A stretch of 61,542 bases of DNA, the filler included. It is 8 parts of 8 records of this genome, joined end to end, with 100 filler letters (N's around TTAATTAATTAA, not from the genome) between each part and the next. Parts side by side here need not be neighbours in the genome. Positions count along the whole stretch, not along the records: positions 5,997 to 13,608 come from SRR31147125_158126; positions 13,709 to 20,395 come from SRR31147125_158363; 6 more parts are not named here. The stretch is one strand, 5' to 3'. The first letter of the stretch is position 1. Each line of letters starts with the position of its first letter. Under the pieces are notes generated by a model. That model ran no database searches. It saw only the letters and a list, made by a program, of their open reading frames with translations, and was not told the origin of the DNA. The position numbers and the translations under genes are program-made. This document shows, piece after piece, positions 8,104 to 17,017 of the stretch.

Positions 8104-10860
8104 ATGCAGATTCTTTTAAACAAATTGTCGTCTTCAGCCCTTCGCACCAAAATGCTGCTGCTTTTTGGCGGTGGTGCAACAATTATTCTTATCCTGATTC
8201 AACTGGTCCAGTTGTTCGGGCTGCCCGTTTTTGAATACAGCGGGGAATATATCCAGCACTCCAAAAAGATCAATGCCGAAACACGGGCCATTGCCGAAAA
8301 TAAAAAAGACCTGATTCGCCTCTGGTTCACAGAGCGCTTGGGAGACATCCAGGTCCTGTCAAATCAGCAACTTGTAAAAAAGGCCTTAGAGCAACCGGCT
8401 AAACCCTTGGAAACAGAGGCAACAAATCCTTCCTCCGGGCTGCTGCATCACCTGGAACTGATTCGAGCAGCCTACGGGATTTATGAGGTCATTGATATTG
8501 TTGAGGCAACAACAGGGATAACACGGGTATCCACAAAAAAAAGCCACCCCAACACCTTACACCCCCTGGCAAAAGAGATCTTTTCCCAGGGCAATGCCAT
8601 GGACAGGATAAAAATTATATTTAAATCCAGGGGGAAAAACCAGCCGGCAAGCCTTTTTATCACCGCCCCAATCCATATCGGAACAAATTATACCGCCGAT
8701 GGTGCCGTGATATTGCAAATATCTACTGACGTCCTGCTGGAACAGATATTTTCATCGGACCGGTCTATGGCGGATACCGGTGAGATCATACTCATTGACA
8801 TGAACAAACGATTGCTGACCCCATTGGCGCATCCTTTAGAAGACGGACAATATGCCACGCCTCTCCAATATACTCTGACAACCAAAGCGGCTGATTTCGC
8901 AGCCTGGGGAGTTGACAGCTTAATTGAAACCGTGGATTATCGGGGACAGGATGTGCTCTCTGCAGTCCGCCATATTCGCCTCACCCAGGATTTTGCCATC
9001 AGCATGATTGTGAACCGCAGCAAGGCGGATCTTTACGCTCCGGTCTGGCGGGACCTGCTTATCTTTATTGCCATTTCTTTTACAGGCATTGCCGCGGCAA
9101 TGGGCCTTGTTCTGCTCACCGCCCGGCAGCTTGCACGGCCGCTGGAACAGCTCAGCACAGTGTCCAATCGCATCCAAAACGGGGATCTCAGTGCGCGGGT
9201 GCCGGACCTGCTCGGCCGTGAGGCCGGCAGTCTTGGCCAGGCGTTTAATGCAATGGCCGACGCCATGGAACATGCCCAGAACACATTACAAAACCAGGTT
9301 GAGACTCGGACCCAGGCCCTTCAGAAAAGTGAAGAGAGAATCCGGGTCCTGCTCAACAATATTCCCGATCTTGTATGGCTCAAGGACAGCAACGGTGTAT
9401 TCCTTGGCTGCAACACCGCTTTTGAACGGTTATTGGGTACCAAGGACGATGCAATTATAGGCAAAACAGACTATGATTTTTTCCATGCTAAACTGGCGGA
9501 CTTTTTCCGTATGCACGATCAAAACGCAATTAAGGCGGGTAAATCCATCAATAATGAGGAGTGGCTGACCTCTGCCCAAACTCACCAAAAGCGGTTGTAC
9601 TATACCACCAAAACCCCAATATATGAGAGCAGCGGAGACTTCATAGGCGTACTGGGAATCGGCCGGGATATCACTGAAATCAAAAACAATGAAGAGGAAA
9701 ACAGGAAATTACAGGAGCAGCTTCAGCAGGCCCAGAAGATCGAATCCATCGGAAGGCTGGCAGGTGGCGTGGCCCATGACTTTAATAATATACTCAGTGT
9801 CATCCTCGGTCATGCAGACCTTGGCATCGACCGCCTGCCCCCCAATGCGCCTGCCCTTAGAAACATAAAAGAGATCAAACGGGCTGCAATCCGTTCTGCA
9901 GCCCTGGTCAAACAGCTGCTCACCTTTGCCAGAAAACAGGAAATTTCTCCACAGCAACTAAACCTCAACACATGTGTTGAAAGCATGCTCGATATGCTCA
10001 GGCGGCTTATTGGAGAAAACATTGACCTGGCATGGCGCCCCGCTGTCACCCCCATGGTACGAATGGATCCAACCCAGCTTGAACAGGTATTGGCCAATCT
10101 GTGCATTAACGCGAAAGATGCCATTTCAGACACTGGAAAAATCACCATCGCCACAGGCCGCACCCTTTTAGAACCAGACGATTCATCGGCCCGGCATAGG
10201 ATTGCCCCGGACACCTATGCCACCCTCGTGGTCAGTGATAATGGTTCCGGCATCAGTGATGAGGTCCAAGAAAATATGTTTGAGCCCTTTTTTACAACCA
10301 AAGGGATTGGAAAGGGAACAGGGCTTGGACTTTCTACGGTTTACGGGGTTGTAAAACAGAACCGGGGAACCATTGAAGTTGAGTCCGGCCTTGGAAAAGG
10401 AACATGCTTTACCATTTTCCTGCCCCTATGCCGGGATGCTGAAGAAGAAAAATCACCAAAAAAGACAGACAGCCGGACACGCTGGGGCAACGAGTCTGTT
10501 CTCATCATTGAAGATGAGCCAGCACTGCTTAAAATGGCCACCCAGATTCTGGCAGAGTCAGGATATAAGGTATATGGGGCAATCACTCCGGATCAGGCCA
10601 TGCTCCATGCCAGGCGCAAAAAAGATGAGATCAAGCTCATAATAACGGATGTCATCATGCCGGAGATAAACGGCAAGGATCTGGCAGACAAATTGTTAAA
10701 AATCCTGCCGGGGTGCAAGTGTCTGTTCATGTCCGGTTACACCGCAGATGTTATCGCCCACCACGGTGTATTGGAAAAAGGTGTAAATTTTATTCACAAA
10801 CCATTCACCAGCAGAACCCTCACCCATAAAGTCAGAGAAATTTTAGACCAGGCAGATTGA
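8104..10860 (+). CDS. Hybrid sensor histidine kinase (Cache-HAMP-PAS-HisKA-HATPase-REC); start may be 8056
   Basis: Two TM segments, DYRGQDVL Cache motif, PAS, H-box AGGVAHDFNNIL, EPFFTTK..GKGTGLGL, C-terminal receiver ITDVIMP. Confidence 0.93.
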   Translation: MQILLNKLSSSALRTKMLLLFGGGATIILILIQLVQLFGLPVFEYSGEYIQHSKKINAETRAIAENKKDLIRLWFTERLGDIQVLSNQQLVKKALEQPAKPLETEATNPSSGLLHHLELIRAAYGIYEVIDIVEATTGITRVSTKKSHPNTLHPLAKEIFSQGNAMDRIKIIFKSRGKNQPASLFITAPIHIGTNYTADGAVILQISTDVLLEQIFSSDRSMADTGEIILIDMNKRLLTPLAHPLEDGQYATPLQYTLTTKAADFAAWGVDSLIETVDYRGQDVLSAVRHIRLTQDFAISMIVNRSKADLYAPVWRDLLIFIAISFTGIAAAMGLVLLTARQLARPLEQLSTVSNRIQNGDLSARVPDLLGREAGSLGQAFNAMADAMEHAQNTLQNQVETRTQALQKSEERIRVLLNNIPDLVWLKDSNGVFLGCNTAFERLLGTKDDAIIGKTDYDFFHAKLADFFRMHDQNAIKAGKSINNEEWLTSAQTHQKRLYYTTKTPIYESSGDFIGVLGIGRDITEIKNNEEENRKLQEQLQQAQKIESIGRLAGGVAHDFNNILSVILGHADLGIDRLPPNAPALRNIKEIKRAAIRSAALVKQLLTFARKQEISPQQLNLNTCVESMLDMLRRLIGENIDLAWRPAVTPMVRMDPTQLEQVLANLCINAKDAISDTGKITIATGRTLLEPDDSSARHRIAPDTYATLVVSDNGSGISDEVQENMFEPFFTTKGIGKGTGLGLSTVYGVVKQNRGTIEVESGLGKGTCFTIFLPLCRDAEEEKSPKKTDSRTRWGNESVLIIEDEPALLKMATQILAESGYKVYGAITPDQAMLHARRKKDEIKLIITDVIMPEINGKDLADKLLKILPGCKCLFMSGYTADVIAHHGVLEKGVNFIHKPFTSRTLTHKVREILDQAD

Positions 10861-10965
10861 TGTTAAAACAATCCGCAACATAGAAGACCGGCCAGTATCA
10901 TGAGAATACGATCCCGGCCGGATTAAACAGCGTCCCCATGGGGTTTACCCACCGGATTCCCGGAA

Positions 10966-11813
10966 TCAGGAATGACAGTCGTTACACCCTGTGGGGCCGG
11001 ATTTTACAGGAGTTTGGGTTCTCCGGTTTTGACAGCCATTTTTTCCTGGTCCCGGGCCTTTGCCTCCAGTTCCCTGTGACAGCCCACGCAGACATTGTGG
11101 TAGGCGGCAAGATAGTACATGACATTGTCAGGGTCTTTAATGTCTCTGGTGCCGGAAGGCTCGGTTTCATCGTGACAGCTGGTGCAGGTTTCAATATCGC
11201 TCTCCCCGTCCCACTCGTGGTGGCAGGCCTGGCAGGCAAATTGGAAATGCAGGCCGTGGGGAAAATCCACCGGTCCCCGGGTGGCCGCCACCTCTTCCGG
11301 GGGTTCCAGAAGCATGTCTCCCAGGGGGACGGTCATGCGTTCATCAGAGTATTCCGGAACGGAATGGGGCACAGGGTGACAGCCTTCGCAGTCAATGGGA
11401 CCGGAGGCCAGCCCATCCATTTCCCCCATGTTCTGATTGATCACTTCCTGTCGGTGGCAGTCCCGGCAGGTCTGGTGGTAGGCTCCGGCAAGGGACTTGA
11501 CCCGCCGCCCGTCCAGTGGAACCGTGCCGGGCTTGGGCGCCCAAAGATTTTCATGGCAGCCGGCAGCGGCGCATCCTTGTACCTGGGACGCTCCGTCCCA
11601 GGTATGGTGGCAGTCTTTACAGGCAAAAGAAAAGTGAAGAGAATGGGGAAAAAGTACAGGAGAAAGCGTGGGCGCCCGTTCAGCATTTTGAGGGGCTGAA
11701 AGGGTCATGGTACCTGTGGGAAATTCCAAGGTTTGTGGCGCGTCCTGAGCAAAAATATCATAGGCGGTTGTCAATAACGCAACGCAGGATACTGCAATGA
11801 AAAATCGTTTCAT
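10966..11813 (-). CDS. Periplasmic tandem class III cytochrome c (2 x tetraheme c3); frameshift near 11013
   Basis: Signal peptide; CKDCH, CAAAGCH, CRDCH, CEGCH, CQACH, CTSCH, CVGCH in frame; eighth motif SGPTGCNDCHS* lies in the adjacent frame; two FPHxxH distal-ligand motifs. Confidence 0.9.
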
Positions 11814-11987
11814 GGTCTTTCTCCATATGCTGTGGTTCAATATACCGGCTTAAATCCGGGGGAATGCCCACCCCGATATTTTGTCATCTCCTCTTGCCTT
11901 TAATCATTTCCTCTAATTAATTAGGGTTCCCTTTCTAATCGTTGCCCCTTCTATATTAGTTGTCGTTTATAAAATCAATATGTAATC

Positions 11988-12144
11988 TTGATGGCGGCGT
12001 AAAAAGTCTCCGCCTCCTGCGTTATGGCGCTTGACCAGACGCTCGACATACTAAATGTATGCCTTCGCCCCTGGCCAAACACCCTGCCTTGTAGGCGAAG
12101 ATTTTTTACTTAGCCATCGGTTCAGCTTTTTACGGTTTCATCAA
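11988..12144. mobile_element. MITE-like 157-bp element with imperfect terminal inverted repeats, followed by a second left end (12147-12163)
   Basis: Left TTGATGGCGGCGTAAAAAG versus reverse complement of right end TTGATGAAACCGTAAAAAG; direct repeat AATCTTGATGGCGGCGTAAAA at 11984 and 12143; internal hairpin CATAC-TAAAT-GTATG. Confidence 0.7.
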
Positions 12145-12331
12145 TCTTGATGGCGGCGTAAAATAATGCCACAGCGACAAAGGACACCGCCAGTCAGTCC
12201 CCAATTGCCGGGTATCATCCCTATGGCGTATTCAGAGGCTGCCCCAAATTAGGACTTGGCACAGGCGCTTTGAGCGTGTAGCATAAACAGGTTTTAATCT
12301 ATTGTCGCAACACCCTTTAAGGAGGCCCCCC

Positions 12332-12844
12332 ATGGCTGAGACTTCAGACCGCCTGAACCAAGCGGTTCAGAATTTGACAAAAAAAACAGGAAAATATCTG
12401 ACCTTTACCCTGGCTGGAGAAGACTACGGCATCGGCATCCTCAAGGTAAAGGAAATCATCGGGATGCTGCCCATCACTCAGGTGCCAAGAACCCCCGGAC
12501 ATGTAAAAGGGGTGATTAACCTAAGGGGAAAGGTGATCCCGGTGGTGGATCTCAGAATAAAATTTGCCATGGGTGAAATTGAATACACAGACCGGACCTG
12601 CATCATCGTTGTGGAGATTGATACGGAAAACGACACCATCCTCATCGGTATCGTGGTGGATTCCGTCTCAGAGGTCCTCAATATCCAGGAAAATGAAATC
12701 GAAGAAGCCCCGGCCTTTGGTGCCCGACTGGACACCAGTTATATCATGGGTATTGCCAAAACAGAAAACGGGGTAAAAATCCTTTTGAACATAGACAAGG
12801 TGCTCAGCGAAAAAGAAGTGGCCACCCTTGAGCAAACCGCCTGA
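12332..12844 (+). CDS. cheW: Chemotaxis coupling protein CheW
   Basis: KYLTFTL..EDYGI, VPRTP..VKGVINLRGKVIPVVDLR, GIVVDSVSEV; AGGAGG RBS. Confidence 0.95.
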   Translation: MAETSDRLNQAVQNLTKKTGKYLTFTLAGEDYGIGILKVKEIIGMLPITQVPRTPGHVKGVINLRGKVIPVVDLRIKFAMGEIEYTDRTCIIVVEIDTENDTILIGIVVDSVSEVLNIQENEIEEAPAFGARLDTSYIMGIAKTENGVKILLNIDKVLSEKEVATLEQTA

Positions 12845-12860
12845 CGCTTCCATGGCATTG

Positions 12861-13479
12861 TCATGGCTGCTGCAGAAGGCGGTCCATGGCCTCGTAGATC
12901 CATCGAAGTTGTGATTCCCGCTTGCGCTGATCCTGTTCCAATTTGGCGATCCGCTCCCGGGCTTTAAGGGCAGCCATCCGCTCCAGCCACCGTTGGTCTG
13001 CGTCTGCTGACCGTTGCATGAACTTGACCTCCCGTTCCGCAGCCTGGGCGGCCCTGAGTCTTTCAAGCTCACTCTGCCGCGCCTGATCCATGCGTCGCTG
13101 TGCCTCTGCCATATCCCGGGCCTTCTGTTGCATAGCTTTTTCCTCAGCCCTGGCGGCTTCTTCTTGTTTCAAAAGCGCCTGGGCGGCATCAGCCATAGCC
13201 TTCTTGTTTTCGTCATCTTCCGTTGAACGGGGCAAAGGCAGGGCATGGTCTCTGCCCGCTCCCATCCCCTTTTCCATTGCCGCTTGAACCATGGCCCGGG
13301 CCTGGGGGTCGTTCTTCGTGCTGAAGGGGTGTAGCCGTTCAGGGTCAATATGAAAGGCACCGGCCGTCACGAACCCGTGGGTTTGATGGTCGGGAATCTG
13401 CGCGATAAAGGCCTGATTTTCTGCCATATACTGCCGAAGCCACCGCCGGTATTGGGCATCCTTACCCTCCAGGATCAAC
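12861..13479 (-). pseudogene. 3' portion of a coiled-coil hypothetical gene interrupted by an IS66 insertion
   Basis: Open frame runs directly into the IS66-like terminal repeat at 13480; the ORF-finder start (MVDGVKRPL) lies inside the IS end. Confidence 0.6.
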
Positions 13480-13608
13480 GTAAGCGGTCTTTTAACCCCA
13501 TCTACCATAGCGCAAACGGGTTAAAGTGTAATATTCCTCCCTAAAAAGGAGGTGCATATTGGGCAAATCGTGGGAAGCAAAAAATGAAGAACGAGCCAGA
13601 TTTTGGAG
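13480..13608 (+). mobile_element. IS66-family element, left end and start of tnpA (truncated by contig edge)
   Basis: Terminus GTAAGCGGTCTTTTAACCCCATCT matches the IS66 GTAAGCG...CCCATCT pattern; AGGAGG RBS, then TTG at 13559 opening MGKSWEAKNEERARFW, like TnpA N-termini; contig breaks here as expected for a repeat. Confidence 0.7.
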
Positions 13609-13708
13609 NNNNNNNNNNNNNNNNNNNNNNNNNNNNNNNNNNNNNNNNNNNNTTAATTAATTAANNNNNNNNNNNNNNNNNNNNNNNNNNNNNNNNNNNN
13701 NNNNNNNN

Positions 13709-13734
13709 AGAGACGCAAGATCTTGCGTCTCTAC
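13709..13734. repeat. GTAG-family REP-like perfect palindrome, possibly also acting as terminator
   Basis: AGAGACGCAAGATCTTGCGTCTCT followed by AC; on the minus strand it reads GTAGAGACGCAAGATCTTGCGTCTCT; 15 bp past the hydrolase stop, at a contig edge. Confidence 0.7.
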
Positions 13735-13749
13735 AAATTCATAAAATAT

Positions 13750-16700
13750 TTACTTCAATAATACCATTTTCCTCGTCACCGACACATCACCTGCCGTCAA
13801 ACGGTAGAGGTATTGTCCCGAAGGCAATTCTGAAGCATTAAATTTCAGTTCGTGGTCACCTGCTGATTGGAAGCCGTCAAACAGGGTTATAATATGTTTT
13901 CCTACAAGATCGAAAACACTGATGCTGATGTCGGTATCTTCTCTCAACTGATATTGGATCGTTGTGACCGGATTGAAAGGATTAGGGAAATTCTGTTTCA
14001 ATTCAAAACTACCTGGCATATCAATATCCGCAACATCAACCATGGCTGAGGCGGCGTCATAAGTATAAGCTCCCAGACCATTTTTATCTCCAAGCACATA
14101 AAGTGTAAATGTGCCGTCTTTATGATCAATCACTTCAATATCACCAAGCAACTGACTATTTTCGTTTATACCCATTCGGTAAGTCGCTCCGGCTTTTAAT
14201 GCGGATACAACTCCTTCACTTACATCAATGATATGTGCTGATTCCGTATCTTTAACGTAGCCGGCGACATAGGTTTTACCATTATAAGCAAACGAGGCTA
14301 AAGAATTAGCATTTTTCGGCATATTCGCATTGTATTTCATCCAGGCAATATTGCTACCATTCGCTGTAAAGTGGCGAAGATAATAATCATTCGAGGATAC
14401 ATATAATTCTCCGCTTATAGGACCAACTGCCATTCCCGGATTCGAGTTATTTCCTCGTCCAAGAGTAATTTGAGTTGCTTCAAATTCGCTCGAAACTGAA
14501 TTCCAATCCAATTTCAACATTTTGTCTGACTTAGCAGCGGGTGCATAAAGTTTCAAGCTTCCATCATCATGACGACCGGTAACAGTAATATGGTCACCAA
14601 TGCGATAAGCTACGTTGCTTGCTTCGTATACCAAACTTGGCACATTAGCTTCATTTTCCCAGCAATAGACTTTAAAGGTCTCGCCGATATTTGCGCAATT
14701 AGCCGCAAAGATCACACCATCTTCCGATAATTCGATATCACGCAGTTTATGTGTTCCACCCGCAACATCTGTCATATTCAAATCAAATGCTAGTGAATCG
14801 CCATTCATAGGATCAAGCGCATCAACTTTTACCATGTCTCCCAGATTTTGTAGAACGAGTACAATAGATCCATCTTGATAATTGCCCGCGGCCAAGCCGG
14901 TCGCTTCTAGGGTACTATCCATAAAGTTCGGATAGCGTTGAGCTAAGCTTGTTCTTTCCCAAAGCGTTTCAATGAATTCTTCCCGAGTTTTAAAGGATGA
15001 GGCGTCAGTCCAACGATCATATTTATTCGAGCGGACTCGCCAATAGTAATACGTGGCATAATCCAATTCACTCACCTGCAGAGAATTAGCTGAAATCGAA
15101 TTTTCATCCACAACCAGATCTGTCATGGCTTTATTTTTGGAAACCTGTAATTCATATGTACTAGCATCTTCAAAGCTTTCCCAACTCATTAGCGGTGTTA
15201 AGCTTACACCTTCATGATAGGCCATGGGTGTCAATGCCTGTACCTGAGGAGGCAGTTCTGTTGTGAAAGTCCAGATGGGTGACCAATATGTCGTATTATC
15301 GGACTTAACTCTCCAATAGTAATCGCTTTGATATTCAAGTGCCAGTGCTTTTCCGGTATCACTTAAAGTGTACTGGTGCAAAGGAGAAGCAAAATCATCC
15401 GTCTCGGAAAGTTCAACGGTGTATTGAGATGCTCCTGATCTGGTTTTCCATAACAGAGAAAGATCTTTTGGCACCGTATTATCGGCATATTCCGGGTAAT
15501 CGGGATGAACAAAAGGATACTCGATCTCCGCAGGGAAACTTTCGAGCTTATTTCTATCGAGTGATGTAATGCTATAGTAGAACATGCCGCTTTCATCATC
15601 CTGGAAGCTATGTTCCTGATTTAACTGAACATCTTCTGCAAATGACATATTTTCGAACACATCCATGGGATATAAGGAACGATAGACTACGTACGCATAG
15701 GAAGAGTCAGAATCATTAGTATAGGGCGAGGAATCCCATGTAATGGATTTCGATCCATCCCCATTCACTGTTAATATCGCATTTGAAGGAGGTTCGGGTG
15801 CTGTGCTGTCTTTCCAGGTCATAACAGGCCATAGAGCCGGATAACGATAAAGATCCAACTTCATGCTATCGATGGCATTCATAGGATTATCGTAAAAATC
15901 ATTGGCTGTAAAAAAGACTGAACCATCGCAGTTATCGGTTTCACGGTTCAAGCGAATCTGTCGCGGGATCTCTCCCCTTTCCCATGAACCTTGCCTATAT
16001 AATCCCTGTCCCGGATAGAAATGTCTGTTCCGCTGTTTAGCTTGCGAAGCCCACCAGGGGATCAATGTCCCGTAATCCTGATTATATCCAAAGGGCCAAT
16101 AACATTGTGGTGTAATATAATCCACCGTTTGCTGATCCAGCCAGGCAATGGGATCACAATACAGCGTATTGTAGGCATCCATACCAAGAATACCTTGCGG
16201 TACATTGGGTTTCCAAATTCCAAAGGGTGAAATACCCCATTTAACCCAGGGTTTTACCGTGTTGATGCTATCCATGACCATTTCGACAAGCGAATTGATA
16301 TTATAACGTCTCCAATTATGGACATCGGTATATCCGTCATTATAATTTGAGAAAGCCGATGCATCTTCATTATTGATACCGCTGTAAGGATAAAAATAAT
16401 CATCCATGTGAAGTCCATCGATATCATAGCGATTGACAATATCCATCAAAACATCGGTAATATAATCTCGAACATCAGGCAAACCGGGATTAAGGATCCA
16501 AACATCAGAGAATTTCAGGATCCAGTCAGGATGTTGCTTGGTTACATGAGAATCGGAAATATAACCGGTATTGTTATATGAAGCCGGACTAACGACTGCT
16601 CGATAAGGATTTACCCATGCATGCAGTTCCAACCCAAGCTTATGAGCTTCTTCAACTGCAAATGCCAAGGGATCCCATTCCGTTGAAGGACCTTGTCCCT

Positions 16701-17001
16701 GGGTTCCGCTGAACCAGTAAGACCAGGGCTCAATATCGGATTTATACATAGCATCACAAGAACAGCGTACTTGCATCAATACGGCATTCACACCACTATC
16801 TTTTAATTTTATTAAATAATTCTTTAAGTCATCTTGTTTTTTAGTGTCCGAATCTAATTTATTTTTCGGCCAATCTATATTAGCTACAGTTGATAGCCAT
16901 ACTCCACGGAATTCCCGCTTTGGCGGCATGTCTAAAGCAAAAAGCATATTCAAGGTCATCAAGACCGCCAAAAGCGGCCAAATTATCTTCTTCATTCTCA
17001 T
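13750..17001 (-). CDS. Secreted DUF187/GHL10 glycoside hydrolase-like protein with Fn3-like repeats and T9SS-type C-terminal sorting domain
   Basis: EFRGVWLSTVANIDWP, ELHAWVNPYR, DGLHMDDYFYPY, GISPFGIW; YYWRV repeats; tail LKQNFPNPFNPVTTI...SGQYLYRL...KMVLLK. Confidence 0.9.
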   Translation of the reverse strand: MRMKKIIWPLLAVLMTLNMLFALDMPPKREFRGVWLSTVANIDWPKNKLDSDTKKQDDLKNYLIKLKDSGVNAVLMQVRCSCDAMYKSDIEPWSYWFSGTQGQGPSTEWDPLAFAVEEAHKLGLELHAWVNPYRAVVSPASYNNTGYISDSHVTKQHPDWILKFSDVWILNPGLPDVRDYITDVLMDIVNRYDIDGLHMDDYFYPYSGINNEDASAFSNYNDGYTDVHNWRRYNINSLVEMVMDSINTVKPWVKWGISPFGIWKPNVPQGILGMDAYNTLYCDPIAWLDQQTVDYITPQCYWPFGYNQDYGTLIPWWASQAKQRNRHFYPGQGLYRQGSWERGEIPRQIRLNRETDNCDGSVFFTANDFYDNPMNAIDSMKLDLYRYPALWPVMTWKDSTAPEPPSNAILTVNGDGSKSITWDSSPYTNDSDSSYAYVVYRSLYPMDVFENMSFAEDVQLNQEHSFQDDESGMFYYSITSLDRNKLESFPAEIEYPFVHPDYPEYADNTVPKDLSLLWKTRSGASQYTVELSETDDFASPLHQYTLSDTGKALALEYQSDYYWRVKSDNTTYWSPIWTFTTELPPQVQALTPMAYHEGVSLTPLMSWESFEDASTYELQVSKNKAMTDLVVDENSISANSLQVSELDYATYYYWRVRSNKYDRWTDASSFKTREEFIETLWERTSLAQRYPNFMDSTLEATGLAAGNYQDGSIVLVLQNLGDMVKVDALDPMNGDSLAFDLNMTDVAGGTHKLRDIELSEDGVIFAANCANIGETFKVYCWENEANVPSLVYEASNVAYRIGDHITVTGRHDDGSLKLYAPAAKSDKMLKLDWNSVSSEFEATQITLGRGNNSNPGMAVGPISGELYVSSNDYYLRHFTANGSNIAWMKYNANMPKNANSLASFAYNGKTYVAGYVKDTESAHIIDVSEGVVSALKAGATYRMGINENSQLLGDIEVIDHKDGTFTLYVLGDKNGLGAYTYDAASAMVDVADIDMPGSFELKQNFPNPFNPVTTIQYQLREDTDISISVFDLVGKHIITLFDGFQSAGDHELKFNASELPSGQYLYRLTAGDVSVTRKMVLLK

Positions 17002-17017
17002 CCTTTCTCAGATATAA

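Noticed and set aside
12256-12275. TTGGCAC upstream of cheW as a sigma54 promoter
   Set aside because: No GC at the required GG-N10-GC spacing
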